64,000 nt of DNA from Dehalococcoidia bacterium UBA7891. GTDB taxonomy: Bacteria > Chloroflexota > Dehalococcoidia > Lucifugimonadales > UBA826. Under the pieces are notes generated by a model, which did no database searches, was not told the DNA's origin, and saw nothing but the letters and a program-made list of their open reading frames with translations. Each line of letters opens with the position of its first letter. Position 1 is the first letter of the stretch. The stretch covers positions 7,035-71,034 of the forward strand of contig DLRJ01000033.1 in the NCBI GenBank assembly GCA_002500485.1, given 5' to 3'. The position numbers and the translations under genes were made by a program. Positions 18,924 to 28,535 of the stretch are shown here, piece by piece.

Positions 18924-19610
18924 TTAAATTTGTTCCTCTCCACCACCTGAAGAATCATCCAAGGTTTCAAGATCGCTATCCAAAGCTGCAACAATTACAA
19001 AATCTCCAGATTCGACTTTAGAACTTACAGGTGGATTCAAGGTCACTTTCCTTCCTTTACATAAAGCCACGGCAGTTATTCCATAACTGTCACGACTATT
19101 AGTAAATCCTATTTCTTCAAGTGTTGTGCCAGACAGTTTCTCTGGGACTCTGTATCTACTAACCCCGTAATTATTGGTTATTTCCAAGTATTCTTCAACA
19201 CTGGCATTAAACAGGCTATGCGCGAGTCTAGTTCCCATCTCTTCCTCGGGCTGAATAACCCTGTCCACTCCTATCCTCCTGAGAGTGCTAGCATGCAATG
19301 AGTCGCGAGCTCGAGCCACAATTGTTTTTACTCCAATAGTCTTGAGTAGAACGCAAGCCATGACACTATCTGCTATGTTGGTTTCAATAGTGATTATCGC
19401 TACATCATAATCCTGAATTCCTAGATCTCTCAATGCACTCTCATTAGTACACTCTGCAGATACTGCGTAGGTGCATTGACCCAACACGGACTGAACCCTG
19501 GCCTCATCTTTATCAATAGCCAAAACATCATGGCCGAGATTATAGAGGGTACGAGTGGTACTAACTCCAAATCTTCCTAGGCCTATAACTGCAACCTGTT
19601 TGTTAGCCAT
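18924..19610 (-). CDS. K+ uptake regulatory subunit TrkA/KtrA (TrkA-N plus TrkA-C)
   Basis: 228 aa. Contains VAVIGLGRFGVSTTRTL and a C-terminal RCK-C domain (SGTTLEEIGF... GDFVIVAA). Confidence 0.88.
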   Translation of the reverse strand: MANKQVAVIGLGRFGVSTTRTLYNLGHDVLAIDKDEARVQSVLGQCTYAVSAECTNESALRDLGIQDYDVAIITIETNIADSVMACVLLKTIGVKTIVARARDSLHASTLRRIGVDRVIQPEEEMGTRLAHSLFNASVEEYLEITNNYGVSRYRVPEKLSGTTLEEIGFTNSRDSYGITAVALCKGRKVTLNPPVSSKVESGDFVIVAALDSDLETLDDSSGGGEEQI

Positions 19611-19640
19611 AAAATTTACCTTCGACGTGCATTTAATACG

Positions 19641-21071
19641 CTAGCCAATTGTAACTGGTTCCGTAGCATACCGATACGGGCTCGCTTCTCTATTAGGAAC
19701 CATTCTAAGGCCTACTATAATCGGTCCAACTCGACCGATGAACATAGTAATTGCAACTATCACATGCCCCAATCTATTTAGCTCTTCGGTAGCACCAGTA
19801 CTCAGCCCTACTGTACCGAAAGCTGAAACAGATTCAAAGGCTAAATCCCTTATTAGAATATGGCTGTTAGTAAGGGCCAAACATAAAGTACATAGGAATA
19901 TAAAACCCAGACAAATTAGTGTCACAGCGTAAGATCTCCGAACTGTGGTCGGAGATATTTCTCTACCAAATGCTGTGACATGTGCTCTTTCTCTAATTAT
20001 GGCTACCACGCTGAGAACAATAATGAAAAAGGTTGTTACCTTAATACCGCCGGCGACAGACCCGGTCGCACCTCCAATAAACATCAAAAGAGACATAAAA
20101 ACATCAGTCGCAGGCCTAGCATACCCATAATCTATTGTGGAAAATCCAGCTGTACGACCACTCACACCCTCAAAAATGGACACACCAATCTGAGCATTTA
20201 TCGGCAAATCTCCAATCGTTTTAGGATTGTTACTTTCAGCAAAAAGAAAGAATGACGCGCCAGTAATTATTAATGCTACCGTCATCAATAATACTATTTT
20301 GGTCACTAAAGAGAATTTTCTAAGCGAATCCTTCGATACCAAGTCAAGGACTACCCAAAAACTTAAAGATCCCAGAATAATCAACCACCCTATTATGCTT
20401 AAAACAATAAAATCTTCTCTGAATGCGTGCAAGCCATCAGATTGGTTCAAAATAACAAACCCCGCATTATTGAATCCTGAAACCGAATGAAACAAAGCCT
20501 GCCAAGCGGCTTCCCCAGGAGATTCCAAAAATAGGAACCTTGCGAACAAAGCAAAAAAACCTATAACCTGAATTGATATAGCAGCGGCAACTATCGTAAC
20601 GCTTAACCTCTGAATACCGCCCATATTTTCGCTTCCCAAGGTTTCCCTAATCAGCAATCTCTGAGCCATTGAAACTCTCTGACCGAGAACAGCCAACAAG
20701 AAAGCAGCTAGAGTCATGAATCCCAGCCCTCCCACAAACATAAGGAGCAATATAATAACCTGACCACTTGAAGTCCAGTAGGTGGCAGTATCCACTATGA
20801 TCAAGCCTGTAACTGTCACGGCAGAAGTGGCAGTGAATATTGATAAAACAGGGTCCCCCCACCCTTGTTCATGGTGAGCAAATGGAGCCGACAGTAAAAG
20901 GGCTCCCACTAATATCAAAGCCAAAAACACCGCGACCAGTATTAGGGGAGAGGGAAAAGTACGGGCATTTATTCTTCTCTCATCTACATTAAAAGTGATA
21001 GGAGCTATTTCTGATCGCCTAGGTTTTGTTATAAAAATATCGCCAAGGCGTTTGTTGAACCTAGTATCCAT
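19641..21071 (-). CDS. TrkH/KtrB family K+ transporter membrane subunit
   Basis: 476 aa, polytopic, with repeated selectivity-filter-like motifs (TVTGL, NNAGF, SGRTAGFS, TVGLSTG). Confidence 0.9.
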   Translation of the reverse strand: MDTRFNKRLGDIFITKPRRSEIAPITFNVDERRINARTFPSPLILVAVFLALILVGALLLSAPFAHHEQGWGDPVLSIFTATSAVTVTGLIIVDTATYWTSSGQVIILLLMFVGGLGFMTLAAFLLAVLGQRVSMAQRLLIRETLGSENMGGIQRLSVTIVAAAISIQVIGFFALFARFLFLESPGEAAWQALFHSVSGFNNAGFVILNQSDGLHAFREDFIVLSIIGWLIILGSLSFWVVLDLVSKDSLRKFSLVTKIVLLMTVALIITGASFFLFAESNNPKTIGDLPINAQIGVSIFEGVSGRTAGFSTIDYGYARPATDVFMSLLMFIGGATGSVAGGIKVTTFFIIVLSVVAIIRERAHVTAFGREISPTTVRRSYAVTLICLGFIFLCTLCLALTNSHILIRDLAFESVSAFGTVGLSTGATEELNRLGHVIVAITMFIGRVGPIIVGLRMVPNREASPYRYATEPVTIG

Positions 21072-21313
21072 TTTATACTTCTATGTGAGATGGACCGTGA
21101 ATAATTATAAAAGAATTTTGATAATCTGCTAATAGTTTATATTTCAAATTAGCCTCTAATTATAGCAGTCTGCTAAAACAGGGCATTTGAAAGGTTTATA
21201 TATTCCTTTAATTGAGGAGAATGTAGCCCAAATTTGGCTATTCAGACCCTAAAAACACCGATATCCTTGAAAGATAAATTTAAGAAACAGGAAATGTCGG
21301 GAGTAAAAAACAA

Positions 21314-21910
21314 TTGAGAGCACCCAAAGGCTTTCACATGCCACACCCTGACATTCACCTACCTCACTTAATCCTTCCTCACGGCTTCCTACCGCACATA
21401 TTAGACCAATACATTCATTCCAGATGGAACCATTATTTTTTACAATGCTGCCTTGCCTCGGTATCACTGATACTGATATTACTAATTGGAGATACCTTAA
21501 AAACCGCAATAGTGGTCGGAATTGCATCCTCTGCCTTTACAATATTTGTAGTTCCAAACAGTGTGGCCGCAACACCACGCAAAGTAATTGGGGGGCATCT
21601 CTTAGCAGCCTTTATAGGAACCCTAATCGCCCTGATTCTTCAATCTCCACCTTTGATTCAACAGGTATTGGAAAATCGTTATTTCCTTGATGTAGCGGCA
21701 GCTCTATCCGTTGGGATTGGCATATTTTTGATGGTTGTTACCAACACTGAACACCCACCGGCCGCAGGAACCTCTCTTGGTTTAGTAATCCAATGCTGTG
21801 AACCAAATACAGGGGTTGATTGGTCCTCCATCATATTCATAATAGCTAGTGCCGGCTTGCTTTCTGGAGTAAGGATCGCCCTCCGTGATAAAATGGTGAA
21901 TCTTCTTTAA
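21314..21910 (+). CDS. HPP-family membrane protein
   Basis: Contains the TNTEHPPAAGTSLG motif and four TM segments. The start is uncertain (TTG 21314 or ATG 21338). Confidence 0.65.
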   Translation: MRAPKGFHMPHPDIHLPHLILPHGFLPHILDQYIHSRWNHYFLQCCLASVSLILILLIGDTLKTAIVVGIASSAFTIFVVPNSVAATPRKVIGGHLLAAFIGTLIALILQSPPLIQQVLENRYFLDVAAALSVGIGIFLMVVTNTEHPPAAGTSLGLVIQCCEPNTGVDWSSIIFIIASAGLLSGVRIALRDKMVNLL

Positions 21911-22046
21911 AAGGCATCTTGAAAGATCTCTATATACATATAAATATGTCTTTGCTGTAAAACTTAAGCATCGCAAAGCCATTTGTGAAATGACGGCGAT
22001 TCCATACCAGCACATGGATATCTAACAGGTTAGGCACACTAGATAT

Positions 22047-23192
22047 ATGAATTCCGACTTAGAATATTCCATTACTCGCATACACAATTCGAAGACAAAG
22101 TTGGTCATGTCTGTATCTGGAGTAGGCTCCCAATCAATTAATTGGTTATTAAGCGTTCCTGGCGCATCGAAAACTTTGATTGAAGCGACAATTCCATATT
22201 CCAATGAATCTCTCAATCGGTATATTGGAGAAGTGCCCAGACAATACGTGTCTAAAACAACAGCGTTATCGATGGCAAAAGCTGCATATATCCAGGGAGT
22301 CCAATATGGCAATCATGAGATAGACATTATTGGAGTTTCATGTACAGGAGCAATATCCACAAATCGAAAAAGAAGAGGTGACAATCAGGCGTTTATTGGA
22401 TTATGGGGCCCCAGATTAAAATATGTCGCCCACCTAATTCTCGAAAAAGGAGAAAGAAATAGGGTTGAGGAGGAAGAACTTGTGAGTTCACTAATCGTCC
22501 AATACATAGAGGAAAAACTACTAGGTAACAGTGTATTAAATATGGAATTAAACAAGTTGGAGTCTGTTTCTGTAGATGAAACAGAATTCCCCTCTGATCT
22601 TGATTCTTTAGTGAATGGCCATATTAGTTCTATTACTTACATGGGCTCTAATTTAGTGGGATTAGACAAAAGTTTCAAAGGTGGAATATTGTCTGGGTCC
22701 TTTAATCCAATGCACCAAGGACACATAGAGCTTTCGAAACTTGCATCTGATATGTTGGGAGTTCCAGTGGCGTTTGAAATATCTGCATCTAATGTGGACA
22801 AACCACCACTTCAAGCGAATGAAATAGAAAAGAGAGTATCTCAATTTGAAAGGTCAGAAACAGTGATTTTGACTTGTGCGCCATTGTTCGGGGAAAAATC
22901 CAGTATATTCCAAAATTCGACCTTCATCATAGGTAACGACACTGCCCTACGGTTAGTGGACCCCAAATACTATGACAATGATGTTCAAAACATGTACACA
23001 TCCTTGCAGAAGGTAAAGGATAATAAATGCGACTTTCTAGTGGCAGGGCGTCTCCAAAATAGCGAATTTAAAACTATAAGTGATATGGCGATACCTGAAG
23101 CATTTATTTCGTTATTTCAAGGTATACCCGAATCCCAATTCAGAATGGATTTATCTTCCACAGAACTTCGCAGCGACGGAACTAAGTTATAG
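22047..23192 (+). CDS. fusion protein: CinA-C/PncC-like N-terminal domain plus NadD-like nucleotidyltransferase C-terminal domain
   Basis: N-terminal region: SVSGVGSQSINWLLSVPGASKTLIEATIPYSNES (compare ESCTGG...PGSS...YSNEAK of PncC). C-terminal region: GSFNPMHQGHIEL (the HxGH motif of NadD/NMNAT) and DLSSTELRS (ISSTxIR-like). Confidence 0.65.
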   Translation: MNSDLEYSITRIHNSKTKLVMSVSGVGSQSINWLLSVPGASKTLIEATIPYSNESLNRYIGEVPRQYVSKTTALSMAKAAYIQGVQYGNHEIDIIGVSCTGAISTNRKRRGDNQAFIGLWGPRLKYVAHLILEKGERNRVEEEELVSSLIVQYIEEKLLGNSVLNMELNKLESVSVDETEFPSDLDSLVNGHISSITYMGSNLVGLDKSFKGGILSGSFNPMHQGHIELSKLASDMLGVPVAFEISASNVDKPPLQANEIEKRVSQFERSETVILTCAPLFGEKSSIFQNSTFIIGNDTALRLVDPKYYDNDVQNMYTSLQKVKDNKCDFLVAGRLQNSEFKTISDMAIPEAFISLFQGIPESQFRMDLSSTELRSDGTKL

Positions 23193-23194
23193 AA

Positions 23195-24649
23195 ATGAGC
23201 TATAAAAACCTGAGCGAATTCATTAGTTTTTTAGATTCTAAAAATCAAGTGCAATATATAGACGCTCAGGTGAGTAGGGATTTAGAAATTAGCGAGGTAA
23301 CCGATAGGGCAGTTAAGTCAGGAGGCCCTGTTCTGTATTTCCGTAATGTAGAAGGATTCACAATACCTGTTGTGACCAACCTATTTGGTACACACCAACG
23401 AATGGCTTGGGCTTTGGGTGTAGAAAATACTGATGATTTAACGCAGAAAGTCCGTGACATTCTGGGAATTGTAAAAACACCTCCCCAGTCAATGTTAGAC
23501 AAACTAAAAACTCTCAAAGACATGGCAAGCCTGGCCCGAACACAGCCCAAAAGAATTTCATCTGCTCCCTGTCAAGAAATAGTAAAGACGGGGCAAGATG
23601 CTAATCTAAATCATTTGCCTCATCTGACCTGCTGGCCTATGGACGGTGGCAGATACATCACTCTACCTCTGGTGATTTCTAAAGATCCTAGTTCAGGAAA
23701 AAGAAATGTCGGTACTTACCGTATGCAAATCTATGATTCTCACACTGCAGGCATGCATTGGCAGTCACATAAAGTCGGAGCAAGCCACTACAGGTCCGGC
23801 GAACTGAAGAAGTTACCAAAGATGGAAGTTGCCATTGCGTTAGGTTCCGACCCTGTAACTATGTGGACAGGAGCATTACCGTTACCTCCTGACATGGACG
23901 AAATAGCGGTATCAGGGGTATTGAGAAACTCATCTGTCGAAATGGTTAAATGTAAAACAGTTGACCTCGAAGTACCCGCCCATTCTGAAGCCGTGCTGGA
24001 AGGATATATAATCCCTGGGGAATTGAGGGAAGAGGGCCCGTTCGGTGATCACACCGGATACTATTCTCTTGAAGACAATTATCCTGTTTTCCATCTCACT
24101 GCTTTGACACATAAAAGACATCCCATTTATCCGGCCACTGTGGTAGGAAGGCCACCATCCGAAGATTTCTTTATGGGAAAAGCTGTAGAGAGGTTGATGC
24201 TTCCTGCACTCCAATTAACTTTGCCAGAGGTAGTAGATATTAATATGCCAGCAGAAGGTGTTTTCCATAATTTGGTTATCGTTTCAATGAAAAAGGAATA
24301 TCCAGGACACACAAGAAAGGTCATGAATGCAATTTGGGGATTGGGATTGATGATGCTGGCAAAAGGGATAGTCATTGTAGACGACACAGTTAATGTCCAT
24401 GATTTGTCTGAAGTTGCGTGGCGAGTCACTAGCAATATTAATCCAGATAAAGACATTGTGATCACCGAAGGACCTGTCGATGACTTAGATCATGCAAGCC
24501 CAACACCTAAATACGGGAGTAAAATCGGGATAGATGCTACAAAAAAGACCGCACTTGATGGAAGGGAAAGAATTTGGCCTCCTGACGTAGTAATGTCAGA
24601 GGAAATAAAATTGCTGGTCACTAATCGCTGGTCAGAGTACGGTTTTTGA
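23195..24649 (+). CDS. UbiD-family (prFMN-dependent) decarboxylase
   Basis: 484 aa. Typical UbiD N-terminus (LSEFISFLDSKNQVQYIDAQVS) plus GTYRMQ and EGPFGDHTGYY motifs. Confidence 0.92.
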   Translation: MSYKNLSEFISFLDSKNQVQYIDAQVSRDLEISEVTDRAVKSGGPVLYFRNVEGFTIPVVTNLFGTHQRMAWALGVENTDDLTQKVRDILGIVKTPPQSMLDKLKTLKDMASLARTQPKRISSAPCQEIVKTGQDANLNHLPHLTCWPMDGGRYITLPLVISKDPSSGKRNVGTYRMQIYDSHTAGMHWQSHKVGASHYRSGELKKLPKMEVAIALGSDPVTMWTGALPLPPDMDEIAVSGVLRNSSVEMVKCKTVDLEVPAHSEAVLEGYIIPGELREEGPFGDHTGYYSLEDNYPVFHLTALTHKRHPIYPATVVGRPPSEDFFMGKAVERLMLPALQLTLPEVVDINMPAEGVFHNLVIVSMKKEYPGHTRKVMNAIWGLGLMMLAKGIVIVDDTVNVHDLSEVAWRVTSNINPDKDIVITEGPVDDLDHASPTPKYGSKIGIDATKKTALDGRERIWPPDVVMSEEIKLLVTNRWSEYGF

Positions 24650-25521
24650 TATTCATGCCCCTTAACAGGTTTTGGCCGAAAATACCCAATTTCTTTGATG
24701 CAATAAAGTTTCAAGAATCTCTTTTCGCACTCCCTTTTGCCTACATAGGAATGCTGCTTGCGATTCGGGGCCTACCTGATTTTCAAAGCTTTTTTTGGAT
24801 AACACTCGCAATGGTGTCGGCTAGAACCGTGGGTATGATTGCTAACAGAATTATAGACAGACACATAGACTCAAAAAATCCACGGTCGTCGCAAAGGCAT
24901 CTCCCACGTGGAATTCTTTCAGTTACCGATTTGTTAGTCCCTGGAATAATTTCCTCACTCATTTTTATGCTATGCGCTTACATGCTTAACACTTTAGCAC
25001 TGATTTTAGCCCCTGTAGCTCTCATATACCTTGTGGTGTACCCGTTTACCAAAAGGGTCACTTGGTTGGCTAATTTGCTTCTTGGATGGGCTCTCGCCAT
25101 AGCCCCAGCAGCAGCTTGGATCGGAATGCTTGGTAAACTAGGATGGCAGCCTGTTTTACTTTCAACTTCAGTGGCCCTTTGGGCTGGAAGTTTTGACATC
25201 ATCTACCATACACAAGATGTTTCTTTTCAAAAAAAAGAGAAGTTACATTCAGTCGCATCTCGTTTTGGAATCTCTAAAGCCTTTAAAATTGCACAGTGCA
25301 TGGATCTATTGGCTGTATTGTGTCTAATAATACTAGGCGCATGGATGCAATTAGGAATATTTTATTACGGTGGCTGCGGATTAAGTACAATTTTTCTTGT
25401 CTACAAATATATATTAGTAAAGCCTAGCGATTTATCTAAAATGGGAATGAGCTTCATGAGAATTAACGCTTTTGTATCTTGTTCCATGTTGTTAGGTACA
25501 ATTGCATCATTAATAGTGTAA
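24646..25521 (+). CDS. UbiA-family aromatic prenyltransferase (4-hydroxybenzoate polyprenyltransferase / MqnP-like)
   Basis: 291 aa, polytopic. Contains the NRIIDRHIDSKNPR Asp-rich motif. It overlaps the UbiD stop by 4 nt. Confidence 0.88.
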   Translation: MIFMPLNRFWPKIPNFFDAIKFQESLFALPFAYIGMLLAIRGLPDFQSFFWITLAMVSARTVGMIANRIIDRHIDSKNPRSSQRHLPRGILSVTDLLVPGIISSLIFMLCAYMLNTLALILAPVALIYLVVYPFTKRVTWLANLLLGWALAIAPAAAWIGMLGKLGWQPVLLSTSVALWAGSFDIIYHTQDVSFQKKEKLHSVASRFGISKAFKIAQCMDLLAVLCLIILGAWMQLGIFYYGGCGLSTIFLVYKYILVKPSDLSKMGMSFMRINAFVSCSMLLGTIASLIV

Positions 25522-25523
25522 AA

Positions 25524-26123
25524 ATGGAAAAACTCGAGGCACGAATTGTGGTTGGTATATCTGGGGCTAGTGGATCCCTTTTAGCCGCCAAAACGGTTGA
25601 CGCATTGTTAGACAGAAAAGTTGGGGTATCGCTGATCGCGTCAAACCCAGCCCGAATGGTATGGCAGCACGAGATGAGTATGTCCTACGGAGAAAGTATT
25701 GAAGAATGGTCATCCAACAATAATTTTGAGCATTTCGCTATAGGGGATTTTAAGGCGCCTATAGCGAGTGGAACTTACCCAACTACTGGAATGGCCATAG
25801 TCCCATCTAGCATGGCAACAATTTCTGCAGTGGCAAAAGGTCTATCAGATAATTTAATAAGAAGAGCTGCCGACGTTTGCCTAAAAGAGAAAAGACCTTT
25901 AGCAATGGTTCCACGAGAGTCTCCGCTTAATGCTATACATCTAGGTAACATGAAATACCTCGCCACTTTGGGTGTGACTATCCTACCTTCAGACCCTCCA
26001 TACTACCTGCCTATAACGACCCTTGAGGAAGTTGCCAATTTTACAGCCCAGAGAATATTGATAGCACTAGGTATAACCGACCAACTACCTGAGGAGATGC
26101 AATATAGAGGTCCAATTATTTAA
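25524..26123 (+). CDS. ubiX: UbiX-family flavin prenyltransferase
   Basis: Contains RIVVGISGASGSLLAAK and PSSMATISAVAKGLSDNLIRRAADVCLKEKRPL. ATG lies 2 nt after the UbiA stop (the track ORF starts earlier, at 25479). Confidence 0.92.
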   Translation: MEKLEARIVVGISGASGSLLAAKTVDALLDRKVGVSLIASNPARMVWQHEMSMSYGESIEEWSSNNNFEHFAIGDFKAPIASGTYPTTGMAIVPSSMATISAVAKGLSDNLIRRAADVCLKEKRPLAMVPRESPLNAIHLGNMKYLATLGVTILPSDPPYYLPITTLEEVANFTAQRILIALGITDQLPEEMQYRGPII

Positions 26124-26189
26124 TTCTATTGTGCTGATCTAACTGGCAACTATAAAATGGTCATGATTAAAACTGAAAAAGGAAGTGAC

Positions 26190-26756
26190 ATGATTTCGGC
26201 AATCGAGGCGGTAAAGGCCATTAGCGATATCAGGAGTAGTGAAGTGGTCGTAGCCACGATGACCGCAAATAGATATTGGGAATCTGTCTCTCAAAACCAA
26301 GAAATGGATTTGCCCATATTTGGGGCGATGGGTAAAGCCTCTTCAGTTGCTTTAGGTCTGGCATTATCTCAACCAAATAAAAAGATAGTTGTTTTGGATG
26401 GTGATGGAAGTTTATTGATGAATCTAGGCTCCTTGGTAACTGTGGCAGGTATGGAACCAAAGAATTTCCTTCATTTTGTATTTGAAGACGGCGCATATTG
26501 GACCACGGGAGGTCAACCTATTCCGGGAAACGGGAAATTTAATTTATCTGCTATGGCCAATGATGCTGGCTACAAAAGCTCCCATTCCTTTGAAGATCTA
26601 GAAACATTAGTAAGTGAACTTCCCAGTCTGATGAGGCAAGATGGTCCAATATTTGTTTCAATTAAAATTACTCATCCAGAGCATGCAGGTGAGCCTTTTA
26701 TAGGCTCCACAAAAAATGCGATGGAGAAACTGTCAAAATCAATATCAGGTTATTAA
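26190..26756 (+). CDS. thiamine-diphosphate-binding protein resembling sulfopyruvate/phosphonopyruvate decarboxylase beta subunit (PP domain only)
   Basis: Contains VLDGDGSLLMNLGSL, a TPP-binding GDGS...N motif. About 188 aa, and no Pyr-domain partner in the window. ATG 26190 has AGGAAG upstream (track start is 26157). Confidence 0.7.
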   Translation: MISAIEAVKAISDIRSSEVVVATMTANRYWESVSQNQEMDLPIFGAMGKASSVALGLALSQPNKKIVVLDGDGSLLMNLGSLVTVAGMEPKNFLHFVFEDGAYWTTGGQPIPGNGKFNLSAMANDAGYKSSHSFEDLETLVSELPSLMRQDGPIFVSIKITHPEHAGEPFIGSTKNAMEKLSKSISGY

Positions 26757-26759
26757 TCA

Positions 26760-27419
26760 ATGTATGATTTTCACACCCATACTTTTTTAAGTGACGGAGT
26801 GCTTTCCCCGATCGAACTCATAAGGCGAGCTATTGCGATCGGGTATAAGACGATGGCAATAACGGACCATGTTGGTCCAGGCAATCTGGAATTTGTGTTA
26901 GCTACCTTAAAAAAAGATTGTGAAATGGCAGAAAAAAGATGGGACATAAAAGTTTACCCAGGTGTAGAAATCACCCATACCCCAACAGAAGATATCCACC
27001 TTTTGGCCAAAGAAGCACGATCCATTGGTGCCAAAATTGTTAACGTCCATGGGGAAACCATAATGGAGCCGGTAATCCCTGGAACTAATATAGCTGCTGT
27101 ATCATCCGAGTATGTAGATATATTGGCACATCCTGGTCTAATAACGGTCGAAGAAGCAAAAATGGCCGCCAAGAACGGAGTTTTCTTAGAAATTTCAGGT
27201 AGAAAAGGTCATGGTTTGGCCAATGGGCATGTTGTGAAAACAGCTCGAGAAAGTGGTGCTACATTGATACTGGACTCAGACGCCCATGCTCCAGAAGACT
27301 TGATGACTCAGGAATATGCTGAAAAAGTGGCTGCTGGATCCGGGCTAAATGAAACAGAGCGTGCCACATTACTTGAGCAAACACCTTTAAGTCTAGTGTC
27401 CCGAGTCAATTCGCGATAA
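26760..27419 (+). CDS. PHP-domain metal-dependent phosphoesterase (histidinol-phosphatase-like)
   Basis: MYDFHTHTFLSDG at the N-terminus, later DHV/HGE/DSDAH metal ligands. Starts 3 nt after the previous stop. Confidence 0.8.
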   Translation: MYDFHTHTFLSDGVLSPIELIRRAIAIGYKTMAITDHVGPGNLEFVLATLKKDCEMAEKRWDIKVYPGVEITHTPTEDIHLLAKEARSIGAKIVNVHGETIMEPVIPGTNIAAVSSEYVDILAHPGLITVEEAKMAAKNGVFLEISGRKGHGLANGHVVKTARESGATLILDSDAHAPEDLMTQEYAEKVAAGSGLNETERATLLEQTPLSLVSRVNSR

Positions 27420-27420
27420 C

Positions 27421-28401
27421 CTAATCGTCTGGAAGAACGACAGATTCTGGATCTCCTCCGTTAACGACTTTGGCGGTATTATAGGTGGCAAATACCCTGC
27501 TTTTGTCTGAAGCCTCCTGAGTAAAAGCGGCTAGATGTGGAGTAATCAGGACATTATCCATATCGATCAGTGGATTATCTTCAGGAGTGGGCTCTACTTC
27601 AAGCACATCTACCCCCGCAGCCATTATTTTGTTCTGTTCAATCGCACGGATAAAAGCATCTTCATCAACCACAGGGCCCCTACATGCATTGATTAGGATT
27701 GAAGTGGGTTTCATCAAATCAAATTCTCTATCACTTATCATTCCTCTCGTATTACGATTCAAAGGAACATGTAAGGTAATGATGTCAGATGTGGATAATA
27801 ATTCATCCAATCCCACCTTCTCCATAGAGAGATCACTCACCAATTCTGAATCTGGATCAACGACATCATGATAGATAAGTTCACACTCCCAGCCTTGTAA
27901 TCTCTTGGCTACTCGAGATCCTATTCTGCCAACGCCTATTATGCCGACTGTTTTTCCAGTTAACTCATGTGCCTGTGAAAACCAGTCGATTCGAATGTTC
28001 GACATCCATTTCCCGTCTTGCACACTTTTAAATTGCAACTGTAATTTTCGGTAGACTCCTATCATCAAGGCGATGGTATGCTCCGCAACCGCCACGGCGT
28101 TACCTCCCCCGTTATTGGACACTTTGATTCCAAGCTCTCCAAGTGCAGCCTTATCAAGTTGGTTGGTACCTGCACTAGTAGTTTGAATAAGGCGCAATTC
28201 TGGGCATTTAGCAGCCAATTCAAGGTCAAATACAAGGGCTCCTCCCAAGATTATCGCCTTGGTATTTTGTAATGCCTCAGTCGATTCCTCCAAGGAGCCC
28301 GAAGAGTTAACCCAATCTATTTCAACCCCTTCCGGCATTGCATCTTTTAACACTTGTAGACCAGAATCATCCGGGGCCCAAAAAACAACTTGATCATTCA
28401 T
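27421..28401 (-). CDS. D-isomer-specific 2-hydroxyacid dehydrogenase (NAD-binding)
   Basis: Contains GKTVGIIGVGRIGSRVAKRL, CRGPVVDE and ITPHLAAFT. Confidence 0.9.
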   Translation of the reverse strand: MNDQVVFWAPDDSGLQVLKDAMPEGVEIDWVNSSGSLEESTEALQNTKAIILGGALVFDLELAAKCPELRLIQTTSAGTNQLDKAALGELGIKVSNNGGGNAVAVAEHTIALMIGVYRKLQLQFKSVQDGKWMSNIRIDWFSQAHELTGKTVGIIGVGRIGSRVAKRLQGWECELIYHDVVDPDSELVSDLSMEKVGLDELLSTSDIITLHVPLNRNTRGMISDREFDLMKPTSILINACRGPVVDEDAFIRAIEQNKIMAAGVDVLEVEPTPEDNPLIDMDNVLITPHLAAFTQEASDKSRVFATYNTAKVVNGGDPESVVLPDD

Positions 28402-28535
28402 ATTGGTAACATACCCCCTAACGGTAAGAATACTTTCTGTTTGTGATTATATGTAGTTAATTACAACCTCTCAACTAGGGAGTCTTTTTGTTTATAATTC
28501 CACACGTAGAATACAGAAAATATTAGGACAGGCTA

